Assembly (NCBI GenBank): GCA_041566495.1 | Contig: JBFGSX010000001.1 | Location: forward strand, 1 to 33,241 | DNA from: Thermoplasmatota archaeon | Lineage (GTDB): Archaea > Thermoplasmatota > E2 > JACPAO01 > JAHFTW01 | DNA: 33,241 nt | Reading direction: 5' to 3' | Shown: positions 7,359 through 14,912 of the stretch, piece after piece | Layout: each line of letters starts with the position of its first letter | Position numbering within the stretch: the stretch's first letter is position 1 | Position numbers and translations under genes: made by a program | The notes under the pieces: model-generated | The model's input: the letters and a program-made list of their open reading frames with translations, nothing else | What the model was told of the DNA's origin: nothing | Database searches by the model: none

Positions 7359-9503
7359 TCAGGCCGTCAGGAAGACCCGCCGCCCCACCCGTTCGGCACG
7401 GACGGCGCCCGCTCCTTGCAGTCGCTTCACGTGGTATGCGACGGTGGCAGGACTGAGCCCAAGCCGCTCTGCGACGGCCTTTCCTGTGACGCCTGGCTCC
7501 TTGCGGATCGACGCCAAGACCGCCTGCGCCCCCTTGGAGCGCAGCACCGGAGCGGCCTCCATGCTGTTGCGATCGATGCTCTTCAAGAAGAGGCAAGTGT
7601 AGCCTTCGGTGCTGCGTTTGGTCAGCAGATCATTGCGCAGCAAGTGGTCGATGTGATGGCGCAGGGTACCATTGGCCAAGCCGGTGACGCGACGGAGCTC
7701 GTTGAAGTGGATGCCCGGCTGACCGGCCACCGCATCGACGATCATCTGCCGCGTCGGGTGTTCGAGGAGCTTGGGCTTCTGCAGCCGACTGAACAACGCC
7801 AATGGCGCCGCTTTCAGGGTCGGCCAGAACGCATACAGCAATCCGGCAAGCACGCTGAAGGCACCGATACCAGCCGCCACACCGGCACTGAGCCAGGAAG
7901 CCCCCGCGGGGGTGTCGTCCAAGGGTGGGGCTGTGCTGTCCGCGGCCACCGCATCAGGGACCACGAGACCGGCCCCGCCGAAATCCATCCGAGTGTAGCC
8001 GACGACGTCGAGGCCACTGGCGTCCAGGTAGTCGATGATGGCATCCAAGCCGGTCTCACCGGCCGCGAAGTTCTCGGTGGTGTAGGCCTGCGTGTGCCTT
8101 TCTCCAGCGGTGACCACGTAGCGCGCATCAGAGCATCCCCTGTCGTTGCCCAAGCAGGTCAATCTGTGGCCCCACGAGTTCAGTTCTCCCTGCCCGCCAT
8201 AGTCGATCCAGCGCTGTGCGACGGCCTCGACGGTGGGCGCGGCACGGGGTAGCTGTGATTTGCTGGGCACGTAGGTGCCGCTCCAGCGCACCCAGGGTTC
8301 GACGCTGACCGTGTACTCGGCGACAGCCTCGCGTAGAGCAGCCGGCCAGTCCCGCGCCGCGACGGGCCTCTCCTGGGTCACTTCGACCTGCAACGCTGAA
8401 GGGCCATCGGTGACCGTGAAGGCCCATTCGGTGACGTCGTAATCTGCGGTCGTCCGCAGACTCCGCTCGGAAGCCAGGACGAAGGCGTCGGGGCGTTCCA
8501 TGAAGCGCTGCAGAGAGGCATCCGCCAGGGCGCGGGTCCACGCGGCTTGACCGTCGAAATCGGCTTCGACGGCACCCATGGAGGGGCCCCATGGCTGGAT
8601 GCTCGCCTGTCGCATGGGTGGCATCGGCGCTGCCCGCTGGGGGTCTGGCAAGGGCCGGTCGCCACGGGCGAAGCCCGAAAGGTCGAGGCGGGCGAGCCTG
8701 CCGTCCTCGTGGATTTGTTCCACCCTCAAAGGGACCGGGAGCCCAGGCACATACCAGTGGTGTTGCTCCCCGATCACGACGTGCATCGCCGCCACGCCGG
8801 CAACCTGCTGGACGCCCATGACCTGGACTCGGCGTCCTTCCTCAGCCACGTCCGTGCTGAGCCCATAGCGGAACGAGGAGGCCATGTTGAGGCAGGAATT
8901 GCTGAGGGGGAACGACGTGCCGACTACGAGTTGGCTGCCTGCAAAGACGCGCCCGGCGACGCAGTCGTCCCTGAAGGAGCCGTATTGCTGCCAGTCATAG
9001 GCGATGGATAGGCCTTCTTGGAGCTGGATCCGGGCAGGTTCTTCACCGATCCAACTCGGCGCGCCTCCCCATACTCCCGACGCACCATAGGACAAGTCTT
9101 CATCACCCGCAAAACGCCGGTACTCTTGCCCGTCGACAAGGTCCCACGTGTCGCTGAACAGATCGAAGTCCCACTCCGTCTTGACGACCTGCAGGACCGC
9201 CGCCTCGAGCAACGCACCACGCTCGTCGAAGACCTGCTCTTGCTGCCACGAGAAGCGCATGTAGGTCCAAGGCGTCCGCCAATCGGGTTCACTGTCGCTG
9301 ATCCCTTGGTAGCCTGATTGCCACGGCCCAGTGAGGGTGATCTTGTAGGCGCCACGGTCGCCGATGCGCGGCTCGGCCACAGTCATCGACGCAGCGCGTT
9401 CGTCGCCCGTGGACGCCATGCCGGTGCCAAGGCCGACGCTCACCAAGAGCATGATGAGAAGGGCGATCGGAAGCCGGCCGACAGGAAACCGCATCGAGGC
9501 CAT
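7359..9503 (-). CDS. paralog 2: single-pass membrane protein with large extracytoplasmic domain and C-terminal tandem winged-helix module
   Basis: Same architecture as paralog 1. Signal/anchor is LPIALLIMLLVSVGLG and TM is LSAGVAAGIGAFSVLAGLLYAFWPTLKAAPLALFSRL. The tail (7362-7781) has HPTRQMIVDAVAGQPGIHFNELRRVTGLANGTLRHHIDHLLRNDLL and AQAVLASIRKEPGVTGKAVAERLGLSPATVAYHVKRLQGAGAV. Confidence 0.85.
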   Translation of the reverse strand: MASMRFPVGRLPIALLIMLLVSVGLGTGMASTGDERAASMTVAEPRIGDRGAYKITLTGPWQSGYQGISDSEPDWRTPWTYMRFSWQQEQVFDERGALLEAAVLQVVKTEWDFDLFSDTWDLVDGQEYRRFAGDEDLSYGASGVWGGAPSWIGEEPARIQLQEGLSIAYDWQQYGSFRDDCVAGRVFAGSQLVVGTSFPLSNSCLNMASSFRYGLSTDVAEEGRRVQVMGVQQVAGVAAMHVVIGEQHHWYVPGLPVPLRVEQIHEDGRLARLDLSGFARGDRPLPDPQRAAPMPPMRQASIQPWGPSMGAVEADFDGQAAWTRALADASLQRFMERPDAFVLASERSLRTTADYDVTEWAFTVTDGPSALQVEVTQERPVAARDWPAALREAVAEYTVSVEPWVRWSGTYVPSKSQLPRAAPTVEAVAQRWIDYGGQGELNSWGHRLTCLGNDRGCSDARYVVTAGERHTQAYTTENFAAGETGLDAIIDYLDASGLDVVGYTRMDFGGAGLVVPDAVAADSTAPPLDDTPAGASWLSAGVAAGIGAFSVLAGLLYAFWPTLKAAPLALFSRLQKPKLLEHPTRQMIVDAVAGQPGIHFNELRRVTGLANGTLRHHIDHLLRNDLLTKRSTEGYTCLFLKSIDRNSMEAAPVLRSKGAQAVLASIRKEPGVTGKAVAERLGLSPATVAYHVKRLQGAGAVRAERVGRRVFLTA

Positions 9504-9525
9504 ACATCCCTGACCCCTAATGAGG

Positions 9526-9586
9526 GTTATAGGACGCCTGGAGCGACCTTCGAATCCTCGAAGAAGAGGGTAGAGTGCGTGTCGAA
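9526..9586 (-). promoter_or_regulatory. promoter of paralog 2: TATA box CCTATAACC (9525-9533) plus three TCGAA boxes (9550-9554, 9558-9562, 9582-9586)
   Basis: CTA lies 29 nt upstream of the ATG (9503). The proximal TTCGA lies 22 nt upstream of CTA. The first and third boxes (both TCGAATC on the plus strand) are 32 nt apart. Confidence 0.5.
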
Positions 9587-9604
9587 TCGTGGTAGGAGCC
9601 CGCT

Positions 9605-11005
9605 TCAGTGCTGGGTCTGCTTGCGGGGTTCGAGCGCGGCGTCCACTTCTTCCTTGCTGAGGCCAGACATCTCGTAGGCCAGGTCGCGGACCGTGCGGCC
9701 GGTCTTGTAGGAGGTCTTGGCGATCGTGGCGGCCTTGTCATACCCGATGAGCGGGTTGAGGGCGGTGGCCATGCTCATGGACTGCTCCACGTAACTCTCC
9801 GCCTTCTCCTTGTTCGCGGTGGTGCCGGCCAGGCAGTTGTCCACGAAGACGGTGCTGATGTTGCTCAGCAAGCGAATGGATTCCAGCATGTTGTGGGCCA
9901 TCATGGGGAGCATGACGTTGAGGTCGAGTTGGCCCCATTGGCCACCGATGCGGACGGCGGTGTTGTTGCCGGTGACGTGGGCGCCCACTTGGACGACGGC
10001 TTCGCAGATGACCGGGTTGACCTTGCCGGGCATGATGCTGCTGCCGGGTTGGATAGCAGGGAGTTGCAGTTCACCTAGGCCGCATGCAGGGCCGCTGGCC
10101 ATGAGGCGGATGTCGTTGGCGATCTTCATCAAGGACGCGGCGACCGTGTCGAGGGCACCTGCGAGGAAGACGTAGGCATCGCGAGCGGCTTGGGCTTCGA
10201 AGTGGTTCTCGGCTTCCTTGAATTCGAGGTTGGTGGCTTGGTAGAGGTACTCGGCGACTTTGGCGCCGAATTCAGGGTGGGCGTTGAGGCCCGTGCCGAG
10301 GGCACTGCCACCTTGGGCGAGTTCCAGGAGACCAGGCATGGCGGATTCGATGCGCTCGATGCCAAGTTGGATCTGACGGGCGTAGCCACTGAATTCTTGG
10401 CCCAGGCGGATCGGCACCGCGTCCATGAGGTGGGTGCGGCCGATCTTGACCACATCGTCGAACTCGGTGGCCTTCTCCGTCAGGCAGTCGCGCAGGTACT
10501 GCAAGGCGGGGATGAGGGTGTACTTGAGTTCCTGGGCGGCGGCCACGTGCATGGTGGTGGGGATGATGTCGTTGCTGCTCTGGCCACGGTTGACGTCATC
10601 GTTGGGGTGGACGTTCTCGCCGAGGATGCCGCTGGCGATGTTGGCCACGACCTCGTTGGCGTTCATGTTGGTGGAGGTGCCGCTGCCGGTCTGGAAGACG
10701 TCGACGGGGAACTGCTCCCCGTGTTCGCCTTCGAAGATGGAAAACGCGGCTTCCGCGATGGCATCGGCCTTGGCCTCAGGCAGTTCGCCCAGGTCCTTGT
10801 TGGCCAGGGCGCAGGCCCACTTGACGAGGCCCACGGCCTTGACGAACTCGGCGGGCATGCCGTGGCCGGCGACGGGGAAGTTGAGGATCGCCCTCTGGGT
10901 GCTCGCGGCCCACTTGGCGTCGATCGGGACCTCCATTTCACCCATGGAGTCGGCTTCAATGCGGCTGTCGGGTCCGGCCATGGTCCCGAGGGGGGCGTCG
11001 CTCAT
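9605..11005 (-). CDS. fumC: class II fumarate hydratase
   Basis: 466 aa with the fumarate-lyase signature GSSIMPGKVNP, plus SSNDIIPTTMHV and TGSGTSTNMNANEV. CGTAAATC box (11028-11035) lies about 26 nt upstream of the ATG. Confidence 0.95.
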   Translation of the reverse strand: MSDAPLGTMAGPDSRIEADSMGEMEVPIDAKWAASTQRAILNFPVAGHGMPAEFVKAVGLVKWACALANKDLGELPEAKADAIAEAAFSIFEGEHGEQFPVDVFQTGSGTSTNMNANEVVANIASGILGENVHPNDDVNRGQSSNDIIPTTMHVAAAQELKYTLIPALQYLRDCLTEKATEFDDVVKIGRTHLMDAVPIRLGQEFSGYARQIQLGIERIESAMPGLLELAQGGSALGTGLNAHPEFGAKVAEYLYQATNLEFKEAENHFEAQAARDAYVFLAGALDTVAASLMKIANDIRLMASGPACGLGELQLPAIQPGSSIMPGKVNPVICEAVVQVGAHVTGNNTAVRIGGQWGQLDLNVMLPMMAHNMLESIRLLSNISTVFVDNCLAGTTANKEKAESYVEQSMSMATALNPLIGYDKAATIAKTSYKTGRTVRDLAYEMSGLSKEEVDAALEPRKQTQH

Positions 11006-11027
11006 CGGGTGCGCGAGCCTGGCCTGG

Positions 11028-11035
11028 GATTTACG
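11028..11035 (-). promoter_or_regulatory. TATA-like box of fumC (CGTAAATC in gene orientation)
   Basis: Isolated A/T-rich element about 26 nt upstream of the fumC ATG (11005) in otherwise GC-rich DNA. Confidence 0.4.
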
Positions 11036-11074
11036 GGTGACGGCGCTTCATTTCAACATCATCCCAGGAAGACC

Positions 11075-11082
11075 TGTAAAGG
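11075..11082 (+). promoter_or_regulatory. TATA-like box of lipoprotein gene 11103-12179 (TGTAAAGG)
   Basis: About 25 nt upstream of ATG 11103. Confidence 0.35.
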
Positions 11083-11102
11083 AGAAGCCTGGTGGGCCGT
11101 GC

Positions 11103-12179
11103 ATGCGTTGGCTCGTCGTGGCCCTCATCGTCTTGGCTGGCTGTGCCGAGGCTCCCGTTCCGGTCCTCGAAGGACCCGACCCCACCGTGCCCATCTATGG
11201 AGGCATCAACCCCGAGTCCTTGCACTTGCTAGGCTCCGACAACAACGAGACCGGAGACGCTCGGGTCCTAGTGGGGCGCTGTGCCAGCCAGCAGAACGTC
11301 TTCGCATACACGTTCCCTGCCCGCTTGGACAATGCATCCGCAAGTAGGGTCGTGCTCACATTCTCCCATGACGTCCCCAACGCCACATCGTTCCTCATCG
11401 CCTCTTTTGCGGATTCCCCTGGAGGCCTGATTCCGACCCGCTTGGTGGCTGGAGGCGCCCACGCATCGGAGGCCCCCCCTTCCATGGGCCAAGTAGAGTG
11501 GTATGAGGCGATGCCAAGGTCGTTCACCATACCCGTTGGACCGGATGGCATGGTGCGCATCGCCATCGCATGCGAAGGCGAGGGTGTCGTCAATTACGTC
11601 ATCGACGAGCCCACGAACCCGGAGCGGCCGGACTACCTGGAGCCCGTGGTGGCGTCCGGTTTCGACGCGTTCCTTGCCGACGGTTACTCCCTCCTCTACG
11701 TTCCGCTTCCTCCAAACACGCGCATCACGGGACCCGCGTGGACGTTGGTGGGAGACGTCATCGTCGACTACTCTCAGACAGCCCCCAATGGTGTTCGGGT
11801 CGGCGAGACCCACATTCAATGGGGTTCGTCCAGGGCGGGCTGGACCACGACGATGTGCGGCCACGATGGTTGGGCAGAGACCGGCACATGGGCGTACGAA
11901 GCAGACTTCGGGCACGGCCCCGAAAGCGCGGGGGGGCTCATCGTTGACAGCATCGCGACGCTGGGATTGAGCCAGATGTTGTTGTTCGGAGACATGGTGC
12001 TCTCCCACTCGGGCAGCGGCGGGGAGGCTCCATGGTTCCGGTTCTCCGTGGAGCACCAAGCGTCGTCGGAGGTAGCGTGGTCCACGTGGTGCGTGGGGAC
12101 CCACTTGGGCGCGCCGCTCGACGTCTTGTTCGCCGCCGCAGGGGCACGTGAGTGGGACATGCCGGAACCGTTCCTTTAG
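11103..12179 (+). CDS. hypothetical lipoprotein
   Basis: MRWLVVALIVLAGCAE is a signal peptide with lipobox. No family recognised. ATG at 11103 lies about 25 nt after TGTAAAGG (11075-11082). The upstream part of track ORF 10425 is antisense to fumC. Confidence 0.7.
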   Translation: MRWLVVALIVLAGCAEAPVPVLEGPDPTVPIYGGINPESLHLLGSDNNETGDARVLVGRCASQQNVFAYTFPARLDNASASRVVLTFSHDVPNATSFLIASFADSPGGLIPTRLVAGGAHASEAPPSMGQVEWYEAMPRSFTIPVGPDGMVRIAIACEGEGVVNYVIDEPTNPERPDYLEPVVASGFDAFLADGYSLLYVPLPPNTRITGPAWTLVGDVIVDYSQTAPNGVRVGETHIQWGSSRAGWTTTMCGHDGWAETGTWAYEADFGHGPESAGGLIVDSIATLGLSQMLLFGDMVLSHSGSGGEAPWFRFSVEHQASSEVAWSTWCVGTHLGAPLDVLFAAAGAREWDMPEPFL

Positions 12180-14257
12180 GCGGCAGCCGGTCCAAGTTGC
12201 AGGATGGTGCCGTTGCCAGCCTTCTGGACCCGCACGACCCCGGCGTCGCTGAGGCGCTTGAGGTGGTAGTGCATGGTGCTGGGACTGATGCCGATCTCAT
12301 TGCGGACATCCACCGCCAGTGAGCCAGGGTGCGCTCGGATGTGCGCGATGATCTGTTGGGCGGCGGCGCTCTTGAGGACCGGGGCCGCTGCCAGAACGTG
12401 GCGGTCGGTCGCCTTGGGGAAGTAGCAGGTGTATCCTGCACTTCTGTGGACGGTGAGGAGCCCGCCTTCGTGCAACTTGTGAAGGTGATGCTCCACGGCA
12501 CCTTGTCCGATGCCGAGGCTGCGCACCAGTGCTTGCTGGTGGATGCCAGGTTCTGCTTCGATGTGGTCCATGAGACGGCGGCGTTGAGGGTTCTCCAGCA
12601 ACTCCGGGGTCTTGATGCGGCTGAACAGCCCCATGAAGGAGGTCTTCAGAAGGGGGTGGAGGAAGTACACCAGGCCGGCGATGAGAGCCCCCGCGCCGGC
12701 CACGGCGACCTCACGAGCGCTCAGCATCGGTCCAGGGTCGAACCGGGATAGGCTCATGGCGGAGGCTTGGACAGGGGGCGCCGGAGGGGTGCTGCCTTCG
12801 GCGTACCAATCCTGAGTGTGTTCCACGTAACGGGTCAGGATGAAGGAACCTGCACGGGTGTCCCATTGGACATGACTGGCCTGGTATTGATCGGTGTAAT
12901 CGTTGACCACGTAAGCCACGGTCCTGTGGTCCCGCGTGTATGCGTCGTGCCCGGCGGTCACTTGCACGATGGCTTCATCGCAGGTCTCCCCGCAGCGGAT
13001 CCAGGTCCGGACGGCATTTCCGGGAGTGTGTTGGTAGTCTGGGCCGCGGTGTTTCTCCCAGATGGCCAGCATAGAGGCCAAGGTGGGCATGCGCGCCGGC
13101 GCGGCCTGGGGCTTCGGGTGGGAGTAGCCGCGGGCATCCTCGATGCCGCGGTCGCTGAAGTCCCAAGTACCTGGGCGGTCGAGGGGCGTGACCAGGTCGT
13201 TGTCTTGGGTGATGAAGCGCGCGTGGAGGCTGATCCATTCGTCACCGTCGGTCACGTCGAAGTTCCAGTAGTGCCAGACGTCCCCTCGGTCCACATCGTG
13301 GAAGTGTCCGGAACTCAGGCCCCGGACGTAGGCATCCGGGTGCGTGGCCAAGTAGTCCCGTAGAGTCTCGTAGGACGGATCATCCAACGCAGCTTGCCAT
13401 GCGTCTTGCGGGGACACAGGCAGGTCTACTCCGGTGCTGTCGATACCCCAGGCCGGCATCGGTGCTGTTCGGAGGTGCGGGACACCCATGGCGCGGGGCG
13501 TGTCTGGTTGGAGCCGCACGTCTGCATTGCCCCGGGCATAGGCCTCCAGTGTCCAGACCGCTTCCGTGGCGCCCGCTTCGACGATGCGCACGGGGTATGG
13601 GATGCCACTCTGATACCAGAACGTCATGGCAAGACCGCCGCGGTGGGCCTCCACCACCATCGTGTTTGTCTCTTCGATGTGTCCGGCGGTGACGTAGTGG
13701 CCGATGGCATCCATGGCACGGACCGCACCCCAGCAGGAGACTCCCGGGAACGTCTGCTTGGCCACGGCGACGGTCGTGCCTTGCCATGGTGCGACGAGTC
13801 CGCAAGGGATGGCGCCGACGTGGGGTTCGAAGCGGAGGTAACGCTGCTGCATGTCCATTTGGGTGCCGTCTTGGACGGTGGTAGACGATACCAGGGCAGC
13901 AGACGCAACAGCGTCCAGGCTTCCAGGGGCCAGGTACCAGACCAGGTCAGTGGTGTGCTTGCCGTTGGCTGTGTTCTCGACCACGTGGACGGCGTTGTAC
14001 CATGCGCGAGTGCCATCGGCCAGCAGGACCTGTTCGTCCGGTAGCCAGGACAAGTTGTACTGGCCCATGCGGCTCGGGGAGCCACCCGTGATGGTGTAGC
14101 GGGCTTCGTCGCCGGCCTTCGGGGCGGCGAACGAGAACGAGCCCTCGGGCTCGGCCGCCTCGGCGTTGCTGAGCCCCACGGCGCCGATGGTGCCACCGGC
14201 AAGGAGGAACACAGTCAGGGTGAAGGCAAGGTGACGGGGTCGGGTCAACAAGTGCAT
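12176..14257 (-). CDS. paralog 3: single-pass membrane protein with large extracytoplasmic domain and C-terminal tandem winged-helix module
   Basis: Same architecture as paralogs 1 and 2. Anchor is LAFTLTVFLLAGGTIGAVGL and TM is VAVAGAGALIAGLVYFLHPLLKTSFMGLFSRI. The tail (12179-12613) has NPQRRRLMDHIEAEPGIHQQALVRSLGIGQGAVEHHLHKLHEGGLL and AQQIIAHIRAHPGSLAVDVRNEIGISPSTMHYHLKRLSDAGVV. ATG at 14257 is preferred to GTG at 14272 because the TATA box starts only 13 nt from 14272. Confidence 0.85.
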   Translation of the reverse strand: MHLLTRPRHLAFTLTVFLLAGGTIGAVGLSNAEAAEPEGSFSFAAPKAGDEARYTITGGSPSRMGQYNLSWLPDEQVLLADGTRAWYNAVHVVENTANGKHTTDLVWYLAPGSLDAVASAALVSSTTVQDGTQMDMQQRYLRFEPHVGAIPCGLVAPWQGTTVAVAKQTFPGVSCWGAVRAMDAIGHYVTAGHIEETNTMVVEAHRGGLAMTFWYQSGIPYPVRIVEAGATEAVWTLEAYARGNADVRLQPDTPRAMGVPHLRTAPMPAWGIDSTGVDLPVSPQDAWQAALDDPSYETLRDYLATHPDAYVRGLSSGHFHDVDRGDVWHYWNFDVTDGDEWISLHARFITQDNDLVTPLDRPGTWDFSDRGIEDARGYSHPKPQAAPARMPTLASMLAIWEKHRGPDYQHTPGNAVRTWIRCGETCDEAIVQVTAGHDAYTRDHRTVAYVVNDYTDQYQASHVQWDTRAGSFILTRYVEHTQDWYAEGSTPPAPPVQASAMSLSRFDPGPMLSAREVAVAGAGALIAGLVYFLHPLLKTSFMGLFSRIKTPELLENPQRRRLMDHIEAEPGIHQQALVRSLGIGQGAVEHHLHKLHEGGLLTVHRSAGYTCYFPKATDRHVLAAAPVLKSAAAQQIIAHIRAHPGSLAVDVRNEIGISPSTMHYHLKRLSDAGVVRVQKAGNGTILQLGPAAA

Positions 14258-14277
14258 GGCCAGGACTCCCACGCAGC

Positions 14278-14373
14278 CAATATAGGGCGCGCGGGGCGAT
14301 CATCGAAAACCCGCCCACCCCCCTGGGCGGATCTTCGAAAACCGAGGCGCCCATCGGACCAAGGCTCGAAAAG
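14278..14373 (-). promoter_or_regulatory. promoter of paralog 3: TATA box CCTATATTG (14278-14286) plus three TCGAAAA(C/G) boxes (14303-14310, 14335-14342, 14366-14373)
   Basis: CTA lies 28 nt upstream of ATG 14257. The proximal TTCGA lies 22 nt upstream of CTA. Boxes are spaced 32 and 31 nt. The first two sit in near-identical 14-mers, GATC(A/T)TCGAAAACC. Confidence 0.5.
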
Positions 14374-14385
14374 CCTTGCTGGGAC

Positions 14386-14844
14386 CTACTTCACGGCCAA
14401 TGCCGCACGGATCGCTTCGTGGATGCGCTTGGCGCGGGCCATTCGTTCAGCGTCCCGTTCGGTCTCGGCGACGACGGGCGGGACCGCGGTGGGCTTGCCT
14501 GATTTGTCCAAGGCGACGAAGGTGACGTGGGCACTGCCGACGTGGCGGACATTGCCCGTCGGGGGGTCTTCGGCTTCGACCCGGACCCCGACGATCATGC
14601 TGGTGCGTCCCGTGTGGCGGACGGTGGCGTGGACATGCAGGATGTCCCCGACGAAGACCGGTTCTTTGAACGACATCCGTTCGAAGCTGGCGGTGACGAC
14701 CTTGGGTTGGCGGCAATGGCGCCAGGCAGCCACCGCAGCGGCCTCGTCGATGTACTTCAGGATCGCACCACCGTGGACGTTGCCGTAGACGTTGGCCTCA
14801 TCTGGCTGCACGAGCCGACTGAGGGTGGTCGCGGACTTGGACAT
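14386..14844 (-). CDS. acyl-CoA thioesterase (hotdog fold, YciA/Acot-like)
   Basis: LVQPDEANVYGNVHGGAILKYIDEAAAVAA ... VVTASFERMSFKEPVFVGDILHVHATV ... VGSAHVTFVALD is the typical acyl-CoA hydrolase hotdog pattern. Start uncertain (ATG at 14844, ATG at 14859 or GTG at 14871). GGAAGG lies before 14844. Confidence 0.85.
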   Translation of the reverse strand: MSKSATTLSRLVQPDEANVYGNVHGGAILKYIDEAAAVAAWRHCRQPKVVTASFERMSFKEPVFVGDILHVHATVRHTGRTSMIVGVRVEAEDPPTGNVRHVGSAHVTFVALDKSGKPTAVPPVVAETERDAERMARAKRIHEAIRAALAVK

Positions 14845-14912
14845 CGGGATGCCTTCCATGTGGACTCGCACGCCGCCCTTGGCCTTGAACGTAGGCCCTG
14901 GTCCCAGGGGCT

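Noticed and set aside
10190-11347. 385-aa and 584-aa plus-strand ORFs (10190-11347, 10425-12179) overlapping fumC
   Set aside because: Both are antisense to fumC. Only the part of the 10425 frame from ATG 11103 (lipobox signal peptide, TATA-like box 25 nt upstream) is credible.
14258-14272. Upstream GTG (14272) as the start of paralog 3
   Set aside because: The TATA box begins only 13 nt further upstream, so 14272 would lie upstream of the expected TSS. ATG 14257 gives the same 28-30 nt CTA-to-ATG spacing as the other two paralogs.
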